Notes: generated from the letters alone by a model not told the origin. A DNA stretch of 64,000 bases from Candidatus Dormiibacterota bacterium (GCA_963709585.1 CAVPXI010000014.1:384001-448000); one strand, 5' to 3'. Shown: positions 34,977-44,635, counted from the stretch's first letter. Translations and numbers: made by a program.

Positions 34977-36189
34977 ATGGAAGCGTTCGCGATGCCGGAT
35001 GCGCGAGAGCGTATAGATGAGGCTGTCGATACGCTCGTCGGCGAGTTCATCGACGCTTTCTCCACACACGCCCTAGGCGCGGACCTGATCGACATCCGGC
35101 GGTCGATCGATCGGCTCGAAGCCGAGTTCATCCGCCGCTTGTATCGCTTCCATTGCGCTCGCAGAGCACAGGCCGACGGCGGCGGGAGCACGGTGTCCTG
35201 GCTGCGACGTTGCGGCATGACGGTCAAGGCGGCCGCCTACCGCGTGCACCTGGCGCGGACGCTCGGCGAGTTGCCGGCCGCGCTCGACAGCGCCCGTGCC
35301 GGTCGCGCCTCCTTCAGCAACGTGACCATGATCGCCCACCTCGCCGAGGATGTCGGCGTGGAGCAGGTGGCGCCGCTCGAGAGCATCCTGGTGGGAGCCG
35401 CGGAGACGCTCGACCCCAGGGCCATGCGCACCCTCACCCAGGTGACCCGGCTGCGGCTCGACCCCGATGGCGTGCTCGCCGATGACAACCGCGCCCACGA
35501 GCGTCGCTGGTTCGAGTGCGAGCAGACGTATGGCGGCGTGTTCGTCCTGCGTGGTGAGCTCGATGCCGAAGGCGGTGCGCTGGTGAAGACCGCGATCGAT
35601 GCGCTCAGTCACGGTATGAGCCGTGGAGAGACGCGGTCGGCGTCCCAGCGCCGTGCCGACGCGCTGGTCGATCTTGCAGCCACTCAGCTGCGCTGCGGTG
35701 ACCACCGCGATGTGCACGGGCAGCGGCCGCATCTCATGGTCACGGTGAGCGCGGAGACGCTGCGCTCTGGAGCTGATGCACAGCCCGCCGAGTTGAGCGG
35801 TGTAGGCCCGATCCATCCGGAAACCGCGCGCCGGATCGCCTGTGACGCGGTGCGGACGTTGGTGACGGTGGCGCCGCCCGCCGATGGTTCGGCGTGGACG
35901 GCCGGGAGCACGGGGGTGACGCCGCTCTCGGTCGGCCGGGCCACGCGCACCATCCCCGCACACATCCGCACCGCGCTGAACCTCCGCGACCAGGGCTGCC
36001 GCTTTCCGGGGTGCGACCGCCCGCCCCGCGTGGACCGATGGCCACCACATCATCCACTGGCCGGACGGCGGCCGAACCGAGGTCGACAACCTGGTCTCCC
36101 TGTGCCGGCCGCACCACCGCGCGGTGCACGAGCAGCGCTGGCGCATCCACATCGCAGACGGAATTGCCGTCGTGGAGCCGCCACCCTGA
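34977..36189 (+). CDS. DUF222 / HNH endonuclease (13E12-like family), frameshift near 36025
   Basis: QRRADAL, RPHLMVTV, TARRIACD, VGRATR, RDQGCRFPGC then shifted WTDGHHIIHW..GGRTEVDNLVSLCRPHH. Confidence 0.88.
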
Positions 36190-36204
36190 GGACAGTTTGA
36201 CTCG

Positions 36205-36292
36205 GACTGAGCCCGCGCCCGTCTGGTCCTGATCGCCGCGTGCTCCCGGCGCAGCACGCCAGGCGATGGCACCTCCATCAACGGTGCCCGCA
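36205..36292 (-). pseudogene. Remnant of vapB 3' end joined to a 14-bp copy of the dinB 3' junction
   Basis: RAPLMEVPSPGVLRREHAAIRTRR vs VapB RAPLMEVPSPRVLRRERDAIRARR; GACTGAGCCCGCGC at 36205-36218 and 28340-28353. Confidence 0.8.
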
Positions 36293-36327
36293 CATGTCGA
36301 GGGAAGAGCGACGAGGCGCATGTCGCG

Positions 36328-36392
36328 TGTCAGCAAAGTCGCCTCCGGCCGCGTTAGTAAGGGGGTGATCGATCAGCCCGCTGGATGACAGC
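36328..36392 (+). repeat. ECF promoter/sigma 5'-end repeat, copy A
   Basis: TGTCAGCAAAGTCGCCTCCGGCCGCGTTAGTAAGGGGGTGATCGATCAGCCCGCTGGATGAC. Confidence 0.85.
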
Positions 36393-36424
36393 GAAGGAGA
36401 CGTGACGTGGTAGCTGCCCATGCG

Positions 36425-36545
36425 TGTCCTGCGTTCTCACCTGACGGACAGCGGCTCGCCTACGGTGAGGCCCGCGCCTCGGGCAGCGTCGGGGACGATC
36501 GAGGCGTGTGGCCGGTTTCGGATCGAGCCGTGGTGGTCGCGGGAG
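36425..36545 (+). pseudogene. Fragment of TolB-like anti-sigma sensor domain
   Basis: CPAFSPDGQRLAYGEARASGSVGDDRGVWPVSDRAVV nearly identical to part of ORF 47657..49042. Confidence 0.8.
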
Positions 36546-36597
36546 TCCGCGATCGGCGACCTGTGCAGCGGCGGCACACGCGGCTGATGGGGTCCGC

Positions 36598-36718
36598 GCG
36601 AGCTGTCAGGCAGTTGACTGACAACGGATGGCCACGGTGCAACGCTCGCGTCACTGCGAGCGGTGGCATCGCAAATGCCACATCGGGGAGCGAGACCATG
36701 ACAGTCGATAACAGGTCC
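36598..36718 (+). repeat. Lipoprotein leader repeat, copy 1
   Basis: ~120 bp homologous to reverse complement of 43366-43488; contains TGTCAG-N8-CTGACA and two hairpins. Confidence 0.8.
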
Positions 36719-37473
36719 AACAAGATAATTGGACACTTGCGCGCGAACGCGCTCGTGGGCGCGATCGCCGTCGGGCTTCTGGCAAGCGCATGCGCGGCGA
36801 CAACCTCGACACCCACGTCGTCGAAAGGCACCACGGCCGCGGCGACGCCCACTTCCGCACTCGGCGCCGGCAACGCGAAACTCATGGCCGTGAGGCAGAC
36901 AGCGCAGGTCCTAGGGACGGGCACTTATTCCAGCTACACCGTGGCCGTGCCCTCAGGCTGGCTCAATCTGGGTGAATTCGTCGTCAAGTACAACTCGGAA
37001 GAACCCGGGCCGGTGCTGGGCCTCAGCGTGTGGAACGTGGGACTGGTCTACCGCGACCCGTGCCACTGGAAGGGCAACGGGTTCGTCCCCAAGCCAGGCG
37101 TCGATAACCTCGTTGCCGCGCTCGTCGCCCAGAAGCTGCGAAACCCCACCACGCCGACCGACGTGACCCTCGCCGGGTACTCGGGCAAATATCTCGAGCT
37201 GTCGGTTCCCGCTGACATGAAGTCGACTAGATGGACTGACTTCGACGCCTGCGACATCGCCTTCAACGGCATCGATCGCGACTTTGCCGGCTGGCTCGGC
37301 ATCGGCAACGGCGAACGCTATGAGCAGGTCCCGGGCCAGGTCGACCAGCTGTGGGTCCTCAACGTCAATGGGCAACGGCTGCTCGTTGATGCCACGTTCT
37401 CGCCGGACACCTCCCAGCTGACCGGACGCAATTGGATCAAGTCGTCAGCTCACTCCAGATTGGAGGTCACTAA
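36698..37473 (+). CDS. Lipoprotein (domain X, paralogous to the anti-sigma 1 sensor domain); probable frameshift near 37415
   Basis: Lipobox LASAC, Thr-rich linker, YRDPCHW...TPTDVTLAGY...FDACD...GQVDQLWVL. Confidence 0.78.
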
Positions 37474-37486
37474 CCGCGGCGGCACG

Positions 37487-37525
37487 CGCCTCCGGGAGCG
37501 TAAGTAAGGGAGTGATTGGATCAGC
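37487..37525 (+). repeat. ECF promoter repeat, copy B (lacks the TGTCAGC -35 part)
   Basis: CGCCTCCGGGAGCGTAAGTAAGGGAGTGATTGGATCAGC. Confidence 0.75.
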
Positions 37526-38033
37526 GAGCCAGATCACGAAAAGCGAATCCCTGCCTGAGCTGGCGTTCGAGGCTCTGGTGGCCACCGACGCAAAGCGGCT
37601 GTACACACTCGCGCTCTCCATCCTCAGGGACGATGGCGAGGCCGAGGACGCGGTGCAGGAGACGCTGCTCAAGGCATGGCGATCGTGGCCTTCCATCCGG
37701 GACAGCGATCACCTCCCGCGCTGGCTGACCCGCGTCTGCGTGAACCACTGCACCAGCGTGCGCCGGCGCCTCCGCGCGCGAGGCGGGCCGCCACTCGAAC
37801 TCTTCGAGGCGGCCGGATCGTGGGGTGGTCAGAGGAGCCCCGCAGAGATCATCGACGTCGATCGTGCATACCGCCGCCTGTCGATCAGGCAGCGGGCAGC
37901 GATCACCCTCAACTACGGATACGGCTACTCGGTCGAGGAGTTCGCGGATTTGATGGGATGCAGGCCCGGGACCGTGCGCACCCATGTCGCACGCGGGCTG
38001 GCCTCATTGCGAAAGGAGCTTGACGATGCTTGA
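37512..38033 (+). CDS. ECF sigma-70 factor 1
   Basis: EAEDAVQETLLKAWRSW, WLTRVCVN, LSIRQRAAITL, GTVRTHVARG. Confidence 0.92.
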   Translation: MIGSASQITKSESLPELAFEALVATDAKRLYTLALSILRDDGEAEDAVQETLLKAWRSWPSIRDSDHLPRWLTRVCVNHCTSVRRRLRARGGPPLELFEAAGSWGGQRSPAEIIDVDRAYRRLSIRQRAAITLNYGYGYSVEEFADLMGCRPGTVRTHVARGLASLRKELDDA

Positions 38034-38922
38034 CACCGAGCCCGAATTGGACCGAAAGCTGCGGGCTCTGTACAACCACATCAAGACTTAGGATCCGCCG
38101 GCAAGCGTCGCACTTTTTACGGTGCCGACGGCGCGCTCGCGCCATCAGGTGGTCAGTCGTCTCGTCGCCATTGCCGCGGTTGCCGCATTAGCGGCAGCGA
38201 TAGGGCTGTTCGCGATTGAGTTGAACGGGCACCGTGGCACCATCTCGCCAAGGCCGACGACCCAGCCCGCGTCGACGCCGAGCCCTAAGTCCACGCCCGT
38301 TCCCACGTTCAGTACCGGCGTCGTGCCACTCACCGCCGGGACGCATTCGGCGCTGGTGCTGGCCTCGGGCACCTATCCCGAGTACACCGTGGTCGTGCCC
38401 AAGGGCTGGTTCGAGCAGGACGGCCACTTCATGCTCAGCGGAGCGACCAAGCCGCTGCTGGGCTTCAGTATCTGGGACGTCGGACAGGTCTATCGCGACC
38501 CATGCCACTGGCAGGGCCAGGGGTTCGACCCCGGGCCGAGCGTCGCGAACCTCGTTGCCGCGCTCGTCGCGCAGAAGACGCGCAACGCCACCACACCGAC
38601 CGACGTGACCCTCGCCGGGTACACGGGCAAATACCTCGAGTGGTCGGTGCCCGCGGACATGAAGTCGAGCGCGTGGAGCGAGTTCGACGCCTGCGACGTC
38701 GACGCCACAGGCAATCACAACTTCAACAGCTGGCTTGCCTACGGCGTGGGCTACCGCTATGAGGAGGTCCCGGGCCAGGTCGACCAGTTGTGGGTCCTCG
38801 ACGTCAACGGGCAGCGACTGGTCGTTGATGCCACGTACGCACCCGACACCTCCCAAAGCCAGCGGGCGGCATTGGAGCACGTCGTGGAGTCACTCCGGTT
38901 CGGTGCCCGGAAGCCGACGTGA
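38026..38922 (+). CDS. Putative single-TM anti-sigma factor 1 with extracellular domain X; in-frame TAG at 38089-38091
   Basis: ATG overlaps sigma stop; MLDTEPELDRKLRALYNHIKT*DPP..TM; paralog has Gln at the stop position. Confidence 0.75.
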
Positions 38923-39055
38923 TCGAGAGTCACGCGCGCCCTGTCTCCCCAAGTGTCAGCGAGGAGACAGCGGACCCCTGCGACTTCTGCTATTGATTCA
39001 TTGACCGCAGTGCCGGGAGTTCAGCCCAGGCGGACGGCGGTTGGAGGCGACGATC

Positions 39056-39562
39056 ATGAGAAGGGATCTACTGATACTAGCGATGGTCGCAGGGGGATTC
39101 GTGGTTGCCGCGTGCGACCCGGCTCCATCATCCGCCACGCTGACCGCGCAGGTGGCCACGCTGCAGAAGCAGGCGGACATGTACCAGATCGACCAGATCG
39201 AGGTGACCTGGCACAAGGCCGCTTCGATCAAGGACCTCGATCTGATGATGACTCTCTGGGCTGACAACGCCACGTTCCAGATCGGCACGCAGACCGCTTC
39301 AGGGAAGGACCAGATTCGAGCCATGTGGGCCCAATCAAAACCGTTCCAGCCGCAGAACGACTGGGTGGACGAAACGCCAGCCTACAAGGCTGTCATCACC
39401 GTCAGCGGCAATACAGGCACGCTCTACTTCGAGTGCCACTTCGTCGACGTCCCCACCCGTAAGCTGGTCGGCGTTGTGGCCACCCAGCTTGAGGTTGCTC
39501 GCATCGGCGGGCGGTGGCTCATCACCAGCTCGACCGGGTCAACGCCTGTCCTGAGCCCCTGA
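39056..39562 (+). CDS. SnoaL/NTF2-like lipoprotein
   Basis: Lipobox VVAAC; KDLDLMMTLWADNA..F, SGKDQIRA, GRWLI. Confidence 0.75.
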   Translation: MRRDLLILAMVAGGFVVAACDPAPSSATLTAQVATLQKQADMYQIDQIEVTWHKAASIKDLDLMMTLWADNATFQIGTQTASGKDQIRAMWAQSKPFQPQNDWVDETPAYKAVITVSGNTGTLYFECHFVDVPTRKLVGVVATQLEVARIGGRWLITSSTGSTPVLSP

Positions 39563-39563
39563 T

Positions 39564-41213
39564 GTGCCGGCATTCCTGAACCTGGCTGACAACCCGCTGG
39601 TGCGTGCCGTGGCGCGCGTCCCCGCCACGGTCAACCGCAAGCTTCTCGTCGCCTTCGTCGGAATCGTTGTCCTGCTCGTCACGGTCGGCGTTCTCGGTCT
39701 CCGCGTCCTCGGCGACGCGAACGACCGCGTCGAGACACTCGGGAAGCTGCAACAGCGGACAGTGGCATATCAGAACCTCCAGACCGACGTCGTCCTGCTG
39801 GGCAACCTGATGGCGCTGCGGGTGGATAACGATTTCGCCAGCATCTTCTCGGGGGTGAACACGTCGCCGGCGGTCAGCCTGGCAGTTGACCAAATCATCC
39901 AGACCGCGAGCATCACGATCGGCCCAGCGTCAGACATCAGCCAACTCGGCTTCGTGCCCCCTCCTGAAGAGAGGAACCTCCTCGGCCAGATCGAGCTGGA
40001 TTTCCGTCAATTCTCCAGCGTGATCACCCGGATCATCGCCTACGACAAAGATGGACAGGCAAGCCAGGCTCAGCTGCTGCAGAACACCCAGGGCAACGAC
40101 CGCGCCACCGACTTGCTGCGTCGGGCGAACCAGCTCGTGCACACCACGAACGTGGAAACCGCTGGTCTGATCGCCCTCAACACAAGTGCCTACGCGGACT
40201 CGCAACACCTCTTCATCGGCGTCGCGGCAGGGAGCGTCGTCGTGGCCCTGCTCCTGGGCTTCGTCATCTCCCGGTCCCTCATCGGGCCGATCCGGAAAAT
40301 GGACACCCGGCTGGCGGCCATCGCTTCGGGCGATTTCTCGGGCCACGTCGACGTCCCCAACCGCGACGAGCTCGGTGCCCTCGCCACGAACCTCAACCGG
40401 ATGAACGACCAGCTGGGCCGCCTCTATGGGGAGCTCGAGACTGCCAGCCGGCACAAGTCGGAATTCCTCGCCAACATGTCGCACGAGCTGCGCACCCCGC
40501 TCAACGCCGTGATCGGTTTCTCGGAGGTGTTGCAGGACCGCCTGTTCGGCGATCTCAACGACAAGCAGGCGGAGTACGTCGCCGATATCCACGCCTCGGG
40601 ACGCCATCTGCTTGCGCTGATCAACGACATCCTGGACCTCTCCAAGATCGAGGCGGGAAGGATGGATCTGCAAATCACGCCCTTCGCACTCTCCGATGTC
40701 GTAGAGAACTCGGTGGCACTGTCGCGCGAACGCGCCACGCGTGAGGGCGTTGCGCTGGGGCTCGAGGTCGACCCGGGCATCGGCGTCATCGAGGCGGACG
40801 AACGGATGCTCAAGCAGGTGCTCTTCAACCTGCTCTCCAACGCCTTGAAGTTCACAGCCAGGGGTGGTCATGTCGGCGTCAGCGCTCATGCTGTCGGCGA
40901 CGACGTGGTGGTCAGCGTGCGCGATGACGGTGTCGGTATCGCGCCGGCGGACCAAGCCCGCATTTTCGAGGAGTTCCAGCAGGTCGGAACGTCCCACCTC
41001 CAGGAGGGGACAGGTCTCGGCCTCGCCATCTCGCGACGCTTCGTCGAGCTCCACGGCGGCAGCCTCCGTGTGGAGAGCGAACCGAGCCACGGCAGCACTT
41101 TCACCTTCACGATCCCGCGCACCCAGGGCACCGCGATCCCACCTGACAGCGAAGCGCCACCTCCCGCGGGAGTCGCCGCCACGGCAACCCACACCACGGC
41201 GCCGGTCGCATGA
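39564..41213 (+). CDS. Membrane HAMP histidine kinase
   Basis: Two TMs, HAMP (NRDELG), FLANMSHELRTPL, NLLSNALKFT, DDGVG, GTGLGL. Confidence 0.93.
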   Translation: MPAFLNLADNPLVRAVARVPATVNRKLLVAFVGIVVLLVTVGVLGLRVLGDANDRVETLGKLQQRTVAYQNLQTDVVLLGNLMALRVDNDFASIFSGVNTSPAVSLAVDQIIQTASITIGPASDISQLGFVPPPEERNLLGQIELDFRQFSSVITRIIAYDKDGQASQAQLLQNTQGNDRATDLLRRANQLVHTTNVETAGLIALNTSAYADSQHLFIGVAAGSVVVALLLGFVISRSLIGPIRKMDTRLAAIASGDFSGHVDVPNRDELGALATNLNRMNDQLGRLYGELETASRHKSEFLANMSHELRTPLNAVIGFSEVLQDRLFGDLNDKQAEYVADIHASGRHLLALINDILDLSKIEAGRMDLQITPFALSDVVENSVALSRERATREGVALGLEVDPGIGVIEADERMLKQVLFNLLSNALKFTARGGHVGVSAHAVGDDVVVSVRDDGVGIAPADQARIFEEFQQVGTSHLQEGTGLGLAISRRFVELHGGSLRVESEPSHGSTFTFTIPRTQGTAIPPDSEAPPPAGVAATATHTTAPVA

Positions 41214-41608
41214 CCACGCTTGCCCAGGGTCAGCTGGTGCTCATCGTCGAGGACAACGAGAAGAATCTCAAGCTCGCTCGCGATCTGTTGCAGTACCACG
41301 GCTTTCGCACCATCGAGGCGTCGGACGCCGAGACCGGGCTTCGGATGGCATCGAACTCCAAGCCCGACATCATCCTCATGGACATCGAACTGCCCGGCAT
41401 CGACGGGGTGACGGCACTCGAACGCCTCCGGGCTGATCCGGCCATCGCCGGCATCGTTGTGGTCGCCTTCACCGCGTCGGTCATGCCGGTCGACCGGGAC
41501 CGGTTCTCTCGGGCCGGCTTCGCCGGGGTCATCGTGAAGCCCATCGATGTGGCCATTTTTCCCCACCAGGTGCTCGCGTATTGCAACGGCTCGGCGCGAG
41601 ACGGCTGA
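41210..41608 (+). CDS. Single-domain response regulator (DivK-like)
   Basis: IVEDN, ILMDIELPG, FTA, KP. Confidence 0.9.
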   Translation: MTTLAQGQLVLIVEDNEKNLKLARDLLQYHGFRTIEASDAETGLRMASNSKPDIILMDIELPGIDGVTALERLRADPAIAGIVVVAFTASVMPVDRDRFSRAGFAGVIVKPIDVAIFPHQVLAYCNGSARDG

Positions 41609-42756
41609 TGGATCGGGCTGCGCGCTTATTGGTCATCGATGACACGCCGCAGAACGGGCGGCTCCTCGAGGCGATGCTCACACCACATGGCTACACGGTC
41701 GCTCTGGCTCTTTCCGGCGAAGAGGGACTCGCGAAGCTGCACTCCGAGCCACCCGACCTTGTGCTCCTCGACATCCTCATGCCCGACATGACCGGGTACG
41801 ACGTCTGCCGCCGGATTCGCGAGGAGCCCGCGACGCAACTTCTGCCGGTCGTCATGCTGACGTCGAGTGGCGACCAGGACAAGGTGAACGCCATTGAGGC
41901 GGGAGCGGACGATTTCATCAGTCGACCGTTCAATCCGCAGGAGTTGCTCAGCCGGGTGCGCTCGCTGCTGCGGATCAAGGAGTACCACGACACGATCCAG
42001 AAGCAGACCGCTGAGCTTGCCGAATGGAACCGGACGCTGGAGGAACGTGTTCAGAGTCAAGTAGCGCAACTCGAAGGTCTGGATCGGCTGCGCCGCTATT
42101 TCTCGGCAGCGGTAGCCGACGTGATCACGTCCGGGGGCGCGCAGCTGCTCGAGCCGCACCGGCGCGAGGTCACGATTCTGTTCTGTGATCTCAGAGGCTT
42201 CACCGCATTCGCCGCGAATGCGGAGCCCGAAGAGGTGATAGGCGCGCTCAGTCAGTTCTACGAGGCCGTCGGCGAGCTGATCCTCCGCTATGAGGCAACC
42301 CTCGAGCAGTTCGCCGGCGACTCGATCATGGCCATCTTCAACGACCCGATGCCGTGCGTCGAGCACACGGCCGCGGCGGTGCGAATGGCGGTCGAAATTC
42401 GTGAGCGTATGCAGGCGGTGACCGACGCCTGGCGACGCAACGGCTTCGACCTCGACGCGGGCATCGGCATCGCCGAGGGGTACGCGACCCTCGGCCGCGT
42501 CGGCTTCGAAGGACGGTTCGACTATCGCGCAACCGGGAGCGTCGTCAACCTCGCATCGCGTCTGTGCTCCCAAGCGCTTGGCGGCCAGATCCTCCTCTCG
42601 CCGCGCGCCTATGCGACCGTGAGCGACCTCGTGAGCATCGAACCGGTCGGCCCACTCCAACTGAAAGGGTTCCACGACCCCGTGCAGGCCTACAACGTCA
42701 TCGGGCTGCGGGAGCAGACACCGTCGGCGTCCACACGGCAAGGGAGCAAGGAGTAG
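41608..42756 (+). CDS. Receiver + class III adenylate/guanylate cyclase
   Basis: IDD, LLDILMP; LFCDLRGFT, FAGD, GIGI, VNLASRL, LKG. Confidence 0.92.
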   Translation: MDRAARLLVIDDTPQNGRLLEAMLTPHGYTVALALSGEEGLAKLHSEPPDLVLLDILMPDMTGYDVCRRIREEPATQLLPVVMLTSSGDQDKVNAIEAGADDFISRPFNPQELLSRVRSLLRIKEYHDTIQKQTAELAEWNRTLEERVQSQVAQLEGLDRLRRYFSAAVADVITSGGAQLLEPHRREVTILFCDLRGFTAFAANAEPEEVIGALSQFYEAVGELILRYEATLEQFAGDSIMAIFNDPMPCVEHTAAAVRMAVEIRERMQAVTDAWRRNGFDLDAGIGIAEGYATLGRVGFEGRFDYRATGSVVNLASRLCSQALGGQILLSPRAYATVSDLVSIEPVGPLQLKGFHDPVQAYNVIGLREQTPSASTRQGSKE

Positions 42757-42783
42757 ACCTGCCCGGTCAGGATGACGGCCCCG

Positions 42784-43386
42784 TCAGGGCAGCCGCCCGA
42801 CCACAAAGTTCGCTCCCGCCTCGAGTTGGACGTCGCTGCAGGGCGGGCGCATCAGCACGCACACGACGTTGAAGACGTTCGACCCGTCGATCACGTAAAT
42901 ACCGGTATCTTCTGGGTCGGGCGAGTGGGCGATAACGGCCCCACCATGGAAGGTCGGCAACTCGGCGATCGTGAACGACGGAGGAATCAATGCCTTGCTG
43001 GCGTTGTAATACGCCCTCGCGGCAGCCGGATCCACGCCCTGCCACAGCGCGACGCTCACCCACGTGTCCTCGCCCACGTAGCCAAAGAGGCATTCGCGCT
43101 CTGGGCCCACCACCTTGGTGACGCCCGGGCCAGTGTTATAACCGGAAACCATGGCCACCTCCTCGATCGTCATCAGGGTGCATGGGTCGATGTTGCCGCG
43201 CGTCAACTGCCCACCGCCCCCTCCCGAAGGAGTCCGGGTGACCACACGTTGCGGTGTCGCCGTGGGGGCATTGCTGGGCGTTGGTGCCGAGGTCGACGTT
43301 GCGCATCCGGCGAGAGCTAGGGCGGCCAGCCCGGCCATCACGAACCTTGGACCGCGCACCATGTAGGACCTGTTACCGGCTGCCAT
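42784..43386 (-). CDS. Lipoprotein (DUF3558-like)
   Basis: Lipobox LAGC, DPCTLMTIEEV, C.F motif. Confidence 0.7.
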   Translation of the reverse strand: MAAGNRSYMVRGPRFVMAGLAALALAGCATSTSAPTPSNAPTATPQRVVTRTPSGGGGGQLTRGNIDPCTLMTIEEVAMVSGYNTGPGVTKVVGPERECLFGYVGEDTWVSVALWQGVDPAAARAYYNASKALIPPSFTIAELPTFHGGAVIAHSPDPEDTGIYVIDGSNVFNVVCVLMRPPCSDVQLEAGANFVVGRLP

Positions 43387-43488
43387 GGTTTCGATCTCCC
43401 TGATGTGGCGTTTGAATGCCAGTGCTCTTAGCACCGCGAGCGTGGCACCGTGGTCATCCGGTGTCAGTCACTTACCCGACAACTCGCA
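43366..43488 (-). repeat. Lipoprotein leader repeat, copy 2
   Basis: Homologous to 36598-36718 including first codons (MAAGNRS vs MTVDNRS). Confidence 0.8.
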
Positions 43489-43595
43489 GCCACTACGGCT
43501 TCGAACGCCAGCTTGGGAATGATTCACTGGTCGTCATCCGGCGGGCTAACCCGATCACTCCCTTACTAACGCTTTCGGAGGCGATTTTGCTGACA
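43485..43595 (-). repeat. ECF promoter + first ~25 sigma codons (truncated), copy C
   Basis: TGTCAGCAAAATCGCCTCCGAAAGCGTTAGTAAGGGAGTGATCGGG...ATGACGACCAGTGAATCA...AGCTGGCGTTCGAAGCC. Confidence 0.88.
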
Positions 43596-43600
43596 GGCGA

Positions 43601-43903
43601 TTGTTTCTCCCTGACCCTCACGGATCGCCCACTGGCAAGACGCTCCTGCTTATAGGCGCTGCCGGCGGCGTTGGCTCATTCACCACTCCACTCGCCAACG
43701 CAGGTGCCCAGGTGATCGCTATTGCCCGCGATGACGCGGCCGACCGGCTACGTGCCTACGGCGCTGAGGAAGTGCTCGACTACGCGGAGGCCGTCGTCAG
43801 CGAACAGATCGTGGCAACGCCGATCACACGGATCGGCCTCGGTGACGTTGCCAAACTGAACGCCAACCCCAACACTGAGGGGAAGACCGTCATAGTCCCC
43901 TGA
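43601..43903 (+). pseudogene. Fragment of NADPH:quinone oxidoreductase/MDR family
   Basis: LLIGAAGGVGSF, YGAEEVLDY, GKTVI; lacks N-terminal domain. Confidence 0.65.
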
Positions 43904-43963
43904 TATCTCAGACCCCTGATACGTCCAACGTCGGGCGCGCTACGGGGGTACTGTAGACACGCA

Positions 43964-44083
43964 ATGGGTTTCGTTGGCGGCCATCTCCCCGAGTTACTGG
44001 TCGTTATCGTCGTCTTGGGAGGCGTCGCATGGGTAGGGTTGACTCTCATACGTCGGGTGCATGATTCCTGGCACCGGAAGTGA
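43964..44083 (+). CDS. 39-aa single-TM small protein
   Basis: MGFVGGHLPELLVVIVVLGGVAWVGLTLIRRVHDSWHRK; below the ORF-track cutoff. Confidence 0.5.
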   Translation: MGFVGGHLPELLVVIVVLGGVAWVGLTLIRRVHDSWHRK

Positions 44084-44311
44084 CGCGAGCGACTGCCACC
44101 CAGCGTTAGCAGCCCTATAGTGAATCTGGGCGTGCCCGGCCTCACGATCGTGGTCACTGATCGAGCCCTGAAGTTCATCGGTGCGGTTGGCACAACCTGT
44201 TGGTCGACGAGGAGCTCATCACGGGCTTCGTCGTCCCCGGTCGGCCGACGGAGCTTCACGCGCGTGCCACGGCTGAACGATCAGGCCCAGCCCCGACAAT
44301 GGAGGTCGAAC

Positions 44312-44635
44312 ATGACAGCAACTCTGAAGGTGACGCATAAAGCACTCGGAGCCGAGGTCCGACGTGGCACGTACGACATCGTGGTTGACGGTCACCTTGC
44401 CGGATCGGTCGAAATGAACGACACGGTCGAGATACCAATCGAACCTGGACGTCACACCCTGCAAGTTCGCAGCGGCCGAAACTCCAGCCGAGCCCAGACC
44501 TTCGACGCCGCCGAGAGCCAGACCGTCGCCTTCCGATGCACCGGAAAGAGCTTTCTGCCGATCTTCCTCGCGTCCTTCTTCGTCCCCAGCCTGGCGCTCC
44601 AGCTCCGCCGTGAAGCCGATGATCGGTCTCTCTGA
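44312..44635 (+). CDS. Hypothetical beta-rich protein
   Basis: GGAGG RBS; YDIVVDG, IEPGRHTLQVRSG. Confidence 0.65.
   Translation: MTATLKVTHKALGAEVRRGTYDIVVDGHLAGSVEMNDTVEIPIEPGRHTLQVRSGRNSSRAQTFDAAESQTVAFRCTGKSFLPIFLASFFVPSLALQLRREADDRSL

Noticed and set aside
38089-38091. Pyrrolysine or recoded amber codon
   Set aside because: No pyl genes in the window, TAG is used as a normal stop elsewhere, and the paralog has Gln
36698-38922. Diversity-generating retroelement TR/VR pair (lipoprotein X vs anti-sigma 1)
   Set aside because: Both copies are coding, differences are not adenine-specific, and no reverse transcriptase is present
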